Notes under the pieces: model-generated | Told to the model about the DNA's origin: nothing | The model's database searches: none | What the model saw: the letters and a program-made list of their open reading frames with translations, nothing else | Source: Felis catus | Taxonomy: Eukaryota | NCBI RefSeq assembly: GCF_018350175.1 | Contig: NC_058368.1 | Span: 133,302,001 to 133,366,000 of the forward strand | Direction: 5' to 3' | Length of the DNA stretch: 64,000 nucleotides | Shown: positions 12,630-24,785 of the stretch, one piece after another | Layout: the number at the start of each line of letters is the position of its first letter | How positions within the stretch are numbered: the stretch's first letter is position 1 | Translations under genes and position numbers: made by a program

Positions 12630-12868
12630 TTTTTTTCCTAGTCATTTATTTTTTTTTTATTTTTTCAATATACGAAGTTTATTGTCAAATTGGTTTCCAT
12701 ACAATATCCAGTGCTCATCCCAAAAGGTGCCCTCCTCAATACCCATCACCCACCGTCCCCTCCCTCCCACCCCCCCATCAACCCTCAGTTTGTTCTCAGT
12801 TTTTAAGAGTCTCTTATGCTTTGGCTCTCTTCCACTCTAACCTCTTTTTTTTTTTCCTTCCCCTCCCC
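12630..12868 (-). mobile_element. Young feline L1, 5'-truncated (3'UTR only)
   Basis: tttattgtcaaattggtttccatacaa...catcaaccctcagtttgttctcagtttttaagagtctctta; perfect 15-bp TSD cagaattctgttttt at 12615-12629 and 12869-12883. Confidence 0.93.
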
Positions 12869-13011
12869 CAGAATTCTGTTTTTAATAAGTATTTTTTAAA
12901 AATACTTGAATTCAAAGAATCTTTTGGATTTATACAAATTGGTTCCATTTGCCATTAAGTAAAATAAATATTCATTTCGATTAATGAATGCAAATTTGTC
13001 TGGTGCATTTT

Positions 13012-13234
13012 CTTTCCTTTTTTTTTTTTTTACCGTTTATTCATTTTTGAGAGAGAGAGAGAGATGCGTGTGTGTGAGTAGGAGAGGAACAGAAAGAGAG
13101 AGAGAGATAGAGAATCCAAAGCAAGCTCCACACTGTCAGGGGAGAGCCTCATGAAGGACATCAACCCACAAACCATGAGATCATGACCTGAGCTGAATTC
13201 AGACACTCGACTGACTGAGCCACCCAGGCACCCC
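13012..13234 (-). mobile_element. Can-SINE
   Basis: Ends gagccacccaggcacccc; TSD tgtctggtgcatttt at 12997-13011 and 13236-13250. Confidence 0.95.
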
Positions 13235-13327
13235 ATGTCTGGTGCATTTTTTTGCTGGGTCACTCTGATTTCTTTTAAGGTGTTTTTCATAAACAAAAGT
13301 GAAGGCAGCTCTCATGGGTATATGATT

Positions 13328-13386
13328 ATATATATATATATATAATATATATATATAATATATATAAAATAAATATAAATATATAA

Positions 13387-13435
<49 letters not shown>
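13328..13435. repeat. (TA)n microsatellite, imperfect then perfect
   Basis: Direct reading. Confidence 0.95.
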
Positions 13436-13438
<3 letters not shown>

Positions 13439-13699
13439 TGTGAGAAACCTACTGGTCTAGGCTTTTCTCCTAGGGAAAAATCAAGATATAGGTAACAATT
13501 GCATTGTCCTTCATCCTAATCCAGCACTACCCCCTAGTTACAGCCTCCTCTCTCCAGCAGGTTCTGTGTGTTTCAAATCCATTGACAGCAGTTAACATTC
13601 TTCTGCCATTTTCCTGTTGTGAGAGAACAGGATGCAGAGGAGGTTTCTTCTCACAAGTTACACTTGGATCAACATATGGTCTAAAATGCTTACAACTGG

Positions 13700-16080
13700 T
13701 AACTTCATTTCTGCTTACTCATCTTCGGTGCTATTGTTTCCAATTTTTCTTCTTCATGTATGCATATATTTTGCATTTTCAGAATATATTGATATTACTG
13801 TTATTTTAAACAATTACTTTTTGAAAAAGGATTTTTTGAAAGAGAAAATAAAATCCTTTCCTTGTATCTGCATATTTACCATTTCTGGCTCTTTCTATTC
13901 CTTTATGCATTTCCATCTGCTATCATCTTCCTTCTGCCTGAACAACTTCCTGTAGCATTGCTTATAATTCGTGTTGGCTGGCAGGGAGCTCTGTTTGTCT
14001 GAAATATCTTTAGTTTGCCTTCAGATTTGAGGGTGTCTCATGGGTAACAAATTTTAGATTGCTGCTTTGTTCCTTTCATACTTTAAAGGATGACTTTCCA
14101 TTGTCTTCTGACTTGCATAGATTCTGACCAGAAGCTTGCTAAAAACTCTTCCTCTTCCTCTTTATATACAATATCTTTTTCCTCTGATTTAAAAATGCGT
14201 TTCTTTCTCACTGGCTTTAGCAACTTGATTACAATGTGCCTTTCTTTGTGTTTATTCTGCTCTAATTCATTGAGCTTCTTGAGTCTGAGTTTCTAGATTT
14301 TATCCAATTTGGGATTTTTTTTTCCATTTTTTCTTTTAGTAGTTTTTGTTCCCTCTCCCCTTTTTGTCTGAGACTCCAACTGCACATAAATTAGCCCCCT
14401 TGACAGCGTCTTGTGTGTCACAGCCGCTGTCTTCATGTTCTTCCAGTTAGCTTTCTGTTTCATTTTGGTTATTTTATTCATAATCACTGAACTTTCCTCT
14501 TCAGTGTCTAGTCTTCTATTAATCACATGCAATGTATTTTTCATTTCACGTGTTTTTTTTTTTTTTTTCTCCTTGAGTCTTTGGATCTTTTTTATATGTT
14601 CCTTTTTTTCCCCCATATCATGGTCATAATTTCCTTTACCTTCTTAAACATATGTAGAGTTTTACAACAGCTGTTCTAATGGGTTTTTTGTTTGTTTTTT
14701 GTTTTTTTTTTTTAGATTCTTGTCTGCTACTTCACTCTCTGTGTCATTTCTGTGTCTGTTTCTGTTGATTGAATTCTCTCCTGGCTTTAGGTCTTATTTT
14801 CTTATTTCTTTGCATGCCTGCTAATTGGTTAATGGATGCTAGATGTTGGTGAATTTTGCATTACTGATGGCTGGATTTTGTGGTATTCCTCGAAATAGTG
14901 TTGGATTTTGTTTTGGCGCCCAATTATGTTACTTGGAATTAGTTCAAAGCTTTAGAGTCTTCCTTTTAACTTTTATTAGGGTAAGTCCAGAACAGCTTTT
15001 AGTATAGGCTGAAGGATATCTGAGGATTCTACTGTTATGTCTTATAGGTTATGATCACTTTCCATTTTTGCCCTGTGTGAACTCTAGAAACTATTTTGCT
15101 TCCTTCTTCCTGATGGTTATTTCCCTGAATTCATGTAGTTTCTGCTCAGACATGCACAAATTAGTCCTTAGCCAAAGACTCAAGGGGAACCCTCAGATTT
15201 TGTGAGCTTTATCTTTGTGCATATAGTTCTCTGTCTCCTAAATTCTTACTGCCCTGATTTCCCGAACTGTTCTTTCTGTACCTTCACCTTGTAGAGACAC
15301 TGGACTCGTTTGATTTCCCCTTTGTGCCCTGCAGCCTGGAAGTACTTCCTGGCAGTAAGTAAAACAGTTGTTTACCCGACCTTGTTTGTTTCCCTTCTGT
15401 TAGCAATCACAGTCCCTTGATATTTATTGTTTAATGCCTGCGTGGTAAGCAGCTTCTAGGGTGGCCCTCAATAATCTCCACCTTCTGGTATTCATATTTT
15501 GTGTGTCCCCCTTCTCATAGGTATGGGCTGGATCTGGATCTAGTGTCCAACCAATAGGATGTGATAAGTATGACAGAACGCCCCTTCTGTGATCACAGAA
15601 AGCTACAGAAGACTATGACTTCCTTCTAGCTGGCAGGCTGTCTCTTGCTTGCTTTGATAAAGCCTACATGGCAAAGAACTGAGGACAGCCTCTTGCCAGC
15701 AGCCAGAGAAATGGAGGCCCTAAGTCCACTTGTCCACAAGGAACTGAATCCTGCCAGCAAGCACATGAGCAAGCTTTGAAGTGGATCCTTCTTCCACTCT
15801 AGCATTCAGAAAAGGCCACAGCACTGGCCAATACCTCAGCTGTAGCCTTAAGAGATACCCTGAGCTAGAGGCTCATTCTTGGTGTTAGTATTGTGGTAAT
15901 TTGGTAATAGTTAAACCATGACTGGATTCCTGAAACACAAAAACTGTGGGATAATAAATGTGTAGTTTTATAAAGCTGGTACATTTGGGGGATAGCTGCT
16001 CAGCCATAAATAACTAATATAGTCTGAAAATCATTGTTTCGCATATACTGTTTTTGTTCTGCCTTTTAAGGCAGAAAGAT
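13700..16080 (-). mobile_element. Old L1M 5'/ORF1 region, interrupted by an LTR
   Basis: ORF 14293..14616 contains EMKNTLHVINRRLDTEEE, similar to the L1 ORF1 coiled-coil motif EMKNTLEGINSRLDTAEE; L1-like sequence resumes after 16021. Confidence 0.7.
15441..16021 (+). mobile_element. MaLR solo LTR (MLT1E/F/G-like)
   Basis: cgtggtaagcagcttctagggtggccctcaat...aaggaactgaatcctgccagcaa...ataaataactaatata; 5-bp TSD gcctg/gtctg. Confidence 0.85.
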
Positions 16081-16129
16081 AAATTAGGTCTTTGTTACTT
16101 CATTATGCTCAGAAAGAAGTACAGATTAT

Positions 16130-16790
16130 TCAAATGAGAATCTCTAGAAGTGTGACCTAGACATCGATAGCACATAAAACTTTTCAGGTGAATATTCCAC
16201 TACTCAGTATTTACCCAAAGAATATGAAAACACTAATTAATTCCAGAAGCTATAATGCACCCCCTAAATTTACCGCAGCATTATCTACAATAGCCAACTC
16301 ACGGAAGTAGCCTGTGTCCATCAATCCATGAATGGATAAAGAAGATATGGTGTATATATACAATGGAATATTACTCAGCCACAAAAAGAATGAAATCTTG
16401 CCATGTTCAGCAACACAGATGCACCTAGACAGTATAACGCTAAGTGAAATAAGTCAGTCAGGGAAAGACAAATACCGTACGGTTTCATTCATATGTAGAA
16501 TTTAAGAAACAAAGCAAACTAACAGAGAAAAAACCAGACAAACCAAAAGATAGACTCTTAACTATGGAGAACAAACTGATGGTTACCAGAGGGAAAGTAT
16601 GTGGGGGGGGGGGGCGGGAAATGAATGAAATAGGGGAATTAAGAGCACACTGTGATGGGACACTGAGTAATATACAGAATTTTTGAGTTGCTGTATTTAT
16701 TATACATCAGAAACTATACTGCAATTAAAATTTAAAAAAGAAAAAAACTTCCAGGTAATTCCAGTATACAGCCAACTATGAAAGCCACTG
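16130..16790. mobile_element. MER5B-like MITE split by an L1 insertion
   Basis: gaatctctagaagtgtgacctagacatc...aaaacttttcaggtga on the left; aaaacttccaggtaattccagtatacagcca...ccactg on the right. Confidence 0.55.
16194..16746 (+). mobile_element. Carnivore L1 3' end, 5'-truncated
   Basis: atgaatggataaagaagatatgg...caatggaatattactcagcc...gctaagtgaaataagtcagtca...A tail; degenerate TSD aaaactt(t/c)caggt; G12 run at 16603-16614. Confidence 0.9.
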
Positions 16791-16797
16791 TCTTAGA

Positions 16798-16958
16798 TTA
16801 GTAATTTCTACCTTTTAATGTTCATGTGAATCACTTGAGGATCTTGTTAAAATCAAGCGTTTGATTTAGTAGACATGGAATGGAACCTGGGATTCTGCCT
16901 TTGCACCAAACTCCCAGATCATGCTCCTGGTTTGTGGACTACACTCAGAATAGTAAGG
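16798..16958. mobile_element. MER5A1-like MITE
   Basis: gtgaatcacttgaggatcttgttaaaat...gattctgcctttgcaccaaactccca...ggactacactcagaatagtaagg. Confidence 0.7.
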
Positions 16959-17081
16959 ACTTAGATTATTGGGTGCCTTCTGTTTATTCCATCTATGGAG
17001 AAACTTGGAACAAATTTCTAGTATCTGTACCAAAGAATATTTGAGTAGCTCTACCCTCCTGTTTAAAAACACCCTTCTTCA

Positions 17082-17296
17082 GGGGCACCTGAGTGGCTCA
17101 GTTGGTTAAGCATCTGACTTCAGCTCAGGTCATTATCATATGGTTTGTGAGTTCAAGCCCCGCATTGGGCTCTGTGCTGACAGCTCAGAGCCTGGAGTCT
17201 GCTTCGGATTCTGTGTCTCCCTCTCTCTCTCTCTGCCCCTCCCCCACTTGTGCTCTGTCTCTCTCTCTCAAAAATAAATAAATGTTTAAAAAAAAA
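17082..17296 (+). mobile_element. Can-SINE (SINEC_Fc type)
   Basis: ggggcacctgagtggctcagttggttaag...aaaataaataaatg; near-TSD aaaaacacccttcttca/aaaaaaaccctcttca. Confidence 0.95.
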
Positions 17297-18282
17297 CCCT
17301 CTTCATTAGCTGATGTCTCATTCATAAATTCATTACTTCAACAGATATTTATTTTATATTTCTTGTATGACAACTGCTTTGCTAGGTGAATGAGACACAG
17401 CACCTTCTTCTCCCCCCACCCCACCCCAGCTCCCTTGCAATCTGAAGCATTCTGTTTAGTGGAAGAAGTAGATAGGTGAGAAAGTATATGACAAAGCAGG
17501 TTCATAAGGGCATAGATAGAAGCACAAATTAATTACAAATTCTCTTTTAGGGTGCAGAGTTCAGGAAGGCTTCTAAAAGAGGTGATATTTGAAATTTGGA
17601 GTTATGAGTGGCCTTCCTTCCCTGTATGTACGTTGGGCAGCAGCTTTTGAGAGAGTGAATCCTAAAACATTTACCCCTTCGTCCTTTCTCTGCTTGAGAG
17701 CCTTTATATTGGTATCCCTTGCTCTCATGCAAATTGGGTTCCTAGTGGTCCATGCTGAAGTCCACACCCTGAGAGAGACATACAGATTAAGTCCCTTCTG
17801 TAGCCCTCACTGTCTTTACCCTCTTTATTTAAGCAAACAAATTTAAGAAATATCTTTATTTTTTCCTCAAGTCAGTTTTATTATGGAAAAGTTTCAACTG
17901 CCAAAAACTACCATGTTTCATTTTTATCTCTACTCATTTCTCAGAAGGTGGGATGAGGAGTGGAGTGGATAGACAATGACGTGTTTCACATTTATTTTAT
18001 CCCATAGCTGAGTTCCTGACTTTTCCCTCTAGGGGAATTCCTTGTTGTGAAACTTCTTTCAATGCTGTCCTGAAATATTTCTGATTAACTAATGAAAATA
18101 ACAGATGAATTTAACTATGTAGAAAACAAAGCAAAAATTTCTAAGCTTTATTCAGATGGGATCATAAGAGATTGTTCGTTTATTTTTTGGAATAACTGGT
18201 GCAGTCTAGGCTTATGAACTGAAAACAACAGAGTTTTTCCCCTTGAGGTGGGAAGATCAGTCCCTCAATATTTCTCCACAAT

Positions 18283-18496
18283 TAAAAAAATTTTTCTTAA
18301 TGTTAATTTATTTTTGAGAGAGAGAAACAGAATGTGAGGAGGGGAGAGGCAGAGAGAGAGAGGGAGACACAGAATCCGAAACAGGCTTCAGGCTCTGAGC
18401 TGTCAGCACAGAGCCCGACAGGGGGCTTGAACCCACAACTCTCGTGAACTGAGAGATCATGATCTGAGCCAAAGTCAGATGCCACACAGGAGCCCC
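18283..18496 (-). mobile_element. Can-SINE (SINEC_Fc type) with small deletion in the head
   Basis: ggctctgagctgtcagcacagagcccgac; ccacaatt flanks both ends. Confidence 0.92.
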
Positions 18497-18865
18497 CACA
18501 ATTTTTCAATAAATACTGGAGAGAAGAGCAAGACACCATCCTCCTCATAGAACATGAGGCCCTTTGCCATTATTTTGTATTTGAGTCTACATCAAACTCA
18601 GCATCTCCATTAAAGGTATGGCTAAGGAGACAAGAGAGCTGGTAAGTGGTCCAGCAGATTCCTTATGCCCACTCACATATTATAAGAGTATTGGAATCAT
18701 AGAACCAAGTAAGAAGCATCCAGGTTTGGCAGATTTATTTTTACCTAGCTGTATGCAGTCACTGGTTGACCCTCCTAAAGTCTAAAGAAAGAATACAAGT
18801 GAATAATTGCTGTTTGATGTCCATAACCCTGATTGTGATCATGATAAAGAGAATAAGTAGGGCAG

Positions 18866-19345
18866 TGTATCAGTTAGCATTTGCTGTGTAACAAACCACT
18901 TCACAACTTAGTGACTTAAAGCAATAAACATTTATAATTTCTCACTACCCTGTGGTGGTTTTCTGTTTGTTTGTTTGTTTTGTTCTTTCCTTTGGGTTTT
19001 ATGGCCACTTCTTACTTAGGTCAGCTTAGCTGAGGCCGGGTAATTTAGGCTGGTGTTGGTCAGATGTCTGAATGATTTAGGAGTGGCTGGGATAGAGCCT
19101 TTGTCCATTAGGCCTCTCATCCTCCAGAAGGCTAGCTTGGGCTTGTTCATACAGAAGAGTTCCCAGAGTACAGTAAGAGATGTAAACTCCAATATGCAAG
19201 CAGTTTTCAAGCTTCTGCTTGCATCACATTTGCTAATGACCTATTTGCTAGTTACATGGCCACGCCCTGATTCAAACAATGAAGAAATAAATCCACCCTT
19301 GATGGGAAGAACAGCAAAGTCCTATTGAAAAGGGCATGCATATAA
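18866..19345 (-). mobile_element. MaLR solo LTR (old MLT1H/J/K-like)
   Basis: tgtatcagttagcatttgctgtgtaacaaaccacttcacaacttagtgacttaaagcaataaacattt...ccacccttgatgggaaga. Confidence 0.8.
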
Positions 19346-19699
19346 GGAATTATAATGTATCTAAGGCAGGCACATCTTCTCCTGTTTTCAACACCCTGGT
19401 TGAATCATCCCATGCCTCAGTGAGTCCAGGCAGCAATGTAAGTACAAACTGGCCACTAATGGTAATTTTCATAGTTACTTGCTCTTAATCTCCAACCATA
19501 TACCACTAGGCTTCTTTTCCACCTCTTGTCTTTTGGCAGAAACATCTAACGTCTCTGGCCTCTGCATTAGGCTGGGAAGCCCATCTACGACATAGTCATC
19601 AAATGAACCATTCATTAGTGTGTAGGCTAATCCCTAGTTTACGTATCACTGCTCTTGAATTTTTTCATGACCTCTTCAGGTGGATGTAGATGAATTCTT

Positions 19700-19890
19700 T
19701 GCTCTATGGTCTCAGATCTCATTGTTCATAATTCTAGGTTGCCCTGTGATGTCACATAGAAACCTTTTATCTATCACTCCCATTGAGCCATAACGGAAAG
19801 GCATCTTGTCACATTCATCTTGGTATTCCTGGTGCTTAGCCCAGGGTCTGGCTCACAGTAGGCATCCAGTAATTGTTGACTGAATATATG
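19700..19890 (+). mobile_element. L2 3' end
   Basis: cttagcccagggtctggctcacagtaggcatccagtaattgttgactgaat. Confidence 0.6.
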
Positions 19891-20209
19891 ATACACAGCC
19901 TAAATAAGCTGTACTCGGGGAGTTTATGATTTGGTTGGAAAGACAATACATTTAACAGAAATCAAAATAGATTTCTCTCATGCTAGAAGAAAGGCCTGGG
20001 AAACATGTAGAGAATAATATAAATTATTTGCTGTAAGAATCAAGAGAAGGGGAAAAAATAGTGCCTGATTCAGTTTGTAGCCTCTTAGCCACCTTAACCC
20101 ATTCCTTTCCCAACATTAATTTTTGTCTTGCTCTACCACCAGATCTCATCTGTCATCATTTTCCATGGCTCTGGAAACAGCCACTTTGTGTCCTCATTCC
20201 CACCCCAAA

Positions 20210-20350
20210 CAAGTTACTTAATCTCTGAAAGTCTCAGTTTCCTCATCTGTTTTCTGAGGATCTGAGAGGATTGAATAAGTTAGGACACCTAAAATCCCTT
20301 GGCATGGTGCTCAATAAATGACAGTTTTATTAATGTTCATAATATTGTTA
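20210..20350 (+). mobile_element. MIR
   Basis: caagttacttaatctctgaaagtctcagtttcctcatctgt (MIR core). Confidence 0.75.
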
Positions 20351-20481
20351 TTGTTACTACATTTCCATCTCTGGTCCTGCTTCTGTTGGGCCTTGCTCTT
20401 CCCTTCCTTGACTATTAAAATCACCTTCTCAAGACTTTCCCCTAATTCATCCTGTAATTTTCTCTGATTATCTTCTCTCTC

Positions 20482-20700
20482 TTTTTTTTTAAGACTTTAT
20501 TTATTTTGATAGAGAGAAAGAGAGAGAGGAGAGAGAGAATGAGTAGGGGAGGGGCAGAGGGAGAAGAAGAGAGAGAATCTCAAGCATTCTCCATGCCCAG
20601 CATAGAGCCCCCTGCAGGGCTCAATCTCATGACCATGAGATCATGACGTGAACTGAAATCAAAAGTCACATGCTTAAACGACTGAGCCACCCATGTGCCT
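20482..20700 (-). mobile_element. Can-SINE
   Basis: aagactttatttattttgatagagaga...actgagccacccatgtgcc; near-TSD ctct(g/t)attatctt(c/t)tct. Confidence 0.93.
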
Positions 20701-20877
20701 CTCTTATTATCTTTTCTAAAGGATATATCTGACCCCTTCTTTTATATGCTTTGAAACTTTTTTCCCTTCCCTTTGCCTAAAGAATCAAGTTCAGACTTCT
20801 CAGCTTTCCTCTAGCAATACTAGACAATTTTCAGTTCTTTGAATATGCCCTGCTATCTTAAACACCCTGGCTTCGCA

Positions 20878-21701
20878 CAGAGGCAGATTTGCAATGACGA
20901 CATGAGGCTTATGCTCCAGCCTCTTGTTTGCACAAGTACCTTCCAAAGCTTGGAATGTTCTTCAGGCTTCGGGGAGGAAGGAGCCGCCTAGCTAGGAGCC
21001 TGAGCCAAGGAGTACTGTTGCATCAGAGGGTGGTGGTACTGGGACCACAGTAAGAGCCAGCGTGCTGCGCTCCCCCACCACGTCTCCATCTGCCCAGACC
21101 TCAGTGACAGTTTGCCCCTGGCAACCTCACTGCACCTCTACCTTCTCTGTCTTTGACCCCCTGGAGAAGACCTGGACTATGAGCCACTCCACTCTGCTTG
21201 GGGGGCATTATGACTCAAGCTCCTCCTTGCATTCCTACCCCAAACCCAGGGTCACCATCAGGGAATGGGGAGCCTCTCAGGCTTTCCTCTGCTTGAGCAT
21301 GAAGCCATAAAGCAAGTTACAGATGTGGCATGACTGATAACAAAGTTATGAAACCAAAAGAAACTTCTAAAACCATTAGTAACAAAAAACAGATGTCCCT
21401 CACTCATACCACAGGAAAGATTGAATTGTCTTCCCCGTCTGTCTGCAGAAAATATAAAATCAGTCAGACTAGGGGGCCAAAATATAGGGGGGAAAGTATC
21501 ATAGAAGTGGGTTAGGCAGTTAATTCAGGAACAATAATAACAGCAATAGAACAACATGAATTTGTGATGTTCATGGTATTTAGCAGCTTTTGAAAATTTG
21601 AAATTTTATCTACTTTTATATTTGTGAAGTTGCTTTCCTTCTTAATAGAGATCCCAAAATGCATTATTAACTTTAGCTCCCATAAACGGAATCTGCCCCT
21701 A
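20878..21701 (+). mobile_element. hAT-Tip100 non-autonomous element (MER115/Zaphod-like) inserted in L2
   Basis: TIRs cagaggcagatt (20878) and aatctgccccta (21690-21701); 21409-21453 translates PQERLNCLPRLSAEN, resembling the hAT dimerization-domain motif QERLNxLSILSIE. Confidence 0.7.
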
Positions 21702-21980
21702 TAGCACACATGGGTTCCTTGTTTATAAGGTACTTATTTTTTCTGAAGATACAATTCAAATGTTGTCACCTGATATTCCCTTTCCTGCACTATCACTGAA
21801 CCTTGTACATGTACCATTCCTGCTATACATGCACATTCATCAAAAATCGTTTATTCTCTCCACTTCTTCAAAGCTGGGAGGATTCTTTGACCCAGGTTTG
21901 TGTTCCCTACGCCTAATGCTGTGTCTGTCACATAATTGCTTCATCAACGTTGAATACATGAATGAATGAATGAATGAATA
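21702..21980 (+). mobile_element. L2 3' end (continues from about 20750-20877)
   Basis: cctaatgctgtgtctgtcacataattgcttcatcaacgttgaatacatg(aatg)n tail. Confidence 0.6.
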
Positions 21981-22049
21981 GCTGGATAGACTGGACAGGG
22001 AGTGGACATAATCACAAGGAGTTTCACGAACATCTGGAATTTGTGTGAT

Positions 22050-22300
22050 AGATGATTACCATTTAATTTTGAAGTGAAGTATGAACATTCTAGATAGTGA
22101 TGTCAGCATAAACACAAGACTTATCGGGGGTGGGGAGGGTGGCAGGAAGAAGGGGTGACAATAAGGATCTTTCTGGGATGCTGGAAATGTTCTGTCTTGA
22201 GTATAGTGTTGGCTACCTGAGTCTGTACATGTGCTATCATGTGTTAACATGTGTCAACTGCATATCAAAAGAAAGAAATTTTATGAAATGATAATTTTTA
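22050..22300 (+). mobile_element. Old L1ME-type 3' end
   Basis: ggatctttctgggatgctggaaatgttctgtcttga. Confidence 0.55.
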
Positions 22301-22559
22301 AAATAAAATTTGCTAAGGCCAGACAAAACTGGGTATTTGTGACAGACAATAAGGAAATTAATTTGATTCAAGTAAGTATTAAGCTTTATTATTTACATAA
22401 TCCAATTTTTAAAATAGAATGAAGCAAATGATTTATATTGGGAAATGGTGGGAGGGAAAACTGAACAGGCACAATGATCGGGCCTTAAGTCAGGACTGAT
22501 ATCTAACTTTGATCCACTATGTAGCAGAAAGACATGCAGGTTAGGAAATCAATCAGAGA

Positions 22560-22790
22560 TCACAATGAGCTTAGATAACAGAGATGCCATTAGCAATACA
22601 GTGAGAGCCAGAGAGCAGAGACAGATTGAAGGCAAGAGCTGACAAGAATTTAAAAAGTTTTTGGATGTAGGGAATGGAGAGACAGTCAAAGAAAACTTTA
22701 AGCTTTCGGATGTGCAGAGGAGCAAAGAGACTGCTCTTGGGAAACACGGTAGGATTGAAATAGAAGGTGGTTTGTGAGAAGAAGAGAAGG
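22560..22790 (-). mobile_element. L2 fragment
   Basis: gctgacaagaattt...ttggatgtagggaatggagagacagtcaaagaaaactttaagctttc. Confidence 0.5.
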
Positions 22791-22799
22791 AAGCTGGAT

Positions 22800-23032
22800 G
22801 GGGCACCTGGGTGATTCAGTAGGTTGAGTGACTCTTGCTCTTGGCTCGGGTCATGATGTCATGATTCATGAGATGGGTGGAGCCCTGCTTCGGTCTTTGT
22901 GCTGATACCATGGAGCCTGCTTGGGATTCTGTCTCTCCCTCTCTTTCTGTCCCTTTCCCGCTCATTCTCTTTCTCTCTCTCTCTCTCTCTCAAAATAAAT
23001 AAATAAATAAACTTAAAATAAAATTTAAAAAA
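22800..23032 (+). mobile_element. Can-SINE
   Basis: ggggcacctgggtgattcagt head, ggagcctgcttgggattct, (CT)n, (AAAT)n tail. Confidence 0.93.
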
Positions 23033-23059
23033 TCAAGTCATTCAAGACAGTTCCTTTCT

Positions 23060-23230
23060 CACTGGAGTACTTATTATGTGCTGGGCTGTGTGCTCAGCAC
23101 CTCACCTGCCCCACACCTCCTTCAATTCTTCTCAGTAATCCCACGAGGCCCATCCTCTTGTTATCCTCATGTTGGAAATAAGGAAATTGATGCTCAGAGA
23201 ACTTAAGTAATTTGCCCAAAGTTATAGCTC
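23060..23230 (-). mobile_element. MIR
   Basis: aaataaggaaattgatgctcagagaacttaagtaatttgcccaaagttatagct. Confidence 0.75.
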
Positions 23231-23234
23231 AAGT

Positions 23235-23398
23235 TTTTTTATTTTAATTTTTAAATTCACTTCTTTATTTCGAGGTGTGAGGTTGCAGAAAGAGAATCCC
23301 AAACAGGCTCTGACCTGTCAGGGCTCCAACTCATGAACCGTGAGATTATGACCTGAGCTGAAGTCAGATGCTTAACCAACTGAGCCACCCAGACACCC
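23235..23398 (-). mobile_element. Can-SINE (internally deleted)
   Basis: agaatcccaaacaggctc...gcttaaccaactgagccacccagacaccc. Confidence 0.88.
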
Positions 23399-23407
23399 TT
23401 TAAACTC

Positions 23408-24550
23408 TTTTTTTTTTTTTAAATTGAAGTGTAGTTGATGTATGGTATTAGATTAGTTTCAGGTGTACAAGAGAGTGATTCGACATTAAAATATATTATG
23501 AAATGATCACCATAGTAAGTGTAGTTACCATCTGTCACTATACAAAGTTATGACAATCATATTGACTACATTCCTTATGCTGTACTTTACATACTTGTGA
23601 CTTTTATAACTGGAAGTTCATACCTCTTAATCCCCTTCACTTATTTCATCCATCATACCACCCACCACCCATTCTAGAAGCTACCAGTTTGTTCTCAGTA
23701 TTTATAAATCTCTCTTTTGTTCTCTTTGCTCATTGTGATGTTTAGATTCCACGCATAAGTGAAATCATGCAGTATTCATCTTTCTCTGATTTATTTCCCT
23801 TAGCATAATATTATCTAGTTCTATCTATGTTGTTGCAAATGACAGAATTTCATTCTTTTTTAATGGCTGAGTAGTATTCTGTGTGTATTTGTTTATTGAT
23901 GGACACTTAGGTTGTTTCTGTATTTTGGCTATTATAAACAATGCTATAAGAAACATGAGGGTGCATATATCTTTTCAAATGAGTATTTTTTGTTCTCTTC
24001 AGATGAACATCCTGAAGTGGAACTGCTGGGTCATATGGCATTTCTACTTAATTTTTTTGAGGACCTTCCACACTGTTTTGCATATTTGCTATACTAATTT
24101 ACCTTTCCACCAACAGTGCACCAGGCTTTCTCTTTTCTTGGCATCCTCCCCAACACTTGATATTTCTTATCTTTTTGATACTAGCCATTCTGACAGGTGT
24201 GAGGTGGTATCTCATATTTAGTTTTGAATACATTTTCCTCATATTTAGTGATGGTGAGCATCTTTGCATATGTCTGTTGACTCTCTGTATGTCTTTGGAA
24301 AAGTGTCTTTTTGCATCCTCTGGCCATTTGTTCATCAGATTGATTATTGGTGTTGAGTTGTATAAATTGTTCATGTATTCTGGATACTAACCTCTTATTG
24401 GATTTATCATTTGCAAATATATTCTCCCATTCAGTAGATGGCCTTTTTGTTTTGTGGATGCTTTTCTTTGCTATGGAAAAGGTTTTCAGTTGGATGTTCC
24501 CATTTGTTTATTTTTGCTTTTGTTGCCCTTGCCTGAGGAGGCAGATCCAA
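23408..24550 (-). mobile_element. Carnivore L1 3' end (ORF2 C-terminus and 3'UTR)
   Basis: ORF 24099..24374 contains KWPEDAKRHFSKDIQ and MRYHLTPVRMA (L1 ORF2 C-terminus); poly(T) at 23408. Confidence 0.93.
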
Positions 24551-24570
24551 AAAGAGTTCTTTGAACTCTT

Positions 24571-24785
24571 GGAGCCTCTGGATGGCTCAGTCAGTTAAGC
24601 ATACAACTTGGGCTCAGGTCATGATCTCATGGTTTGTGGGTTCCAGCGTCGCATCGGGCTCTGTGCTGACAGCTCAGAGCCTGGAGCCTGCTTTGGATTC
24701 TGTGTCTCCCTCTCTCTCTGACCCTCCCCCTTCATTCTCTGTCTCTCTCAAAAATAAATAAACATTTTTTTTAATTAAAAAAAAA
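24571..24785 (+). mobile_element. Can-SINE (SINEC_Fc type)
   Basis: gctcagagcctggagcctg; 22-bp TSD aaaaagagttcttt(g/a)aactctt at 24549-24570 and 24781-24802. Confidence 0.95.

Noticed and set aside
24099..24374. L1 ORF2-like peptides (also 27804..28025, 45805..46029, 48621..48854) and an ORF1-like peptide (14293..14616)
   Set aside because: Short, frameshifted or stop-interrupted remnants of dead L1 copies; not functional CDS.
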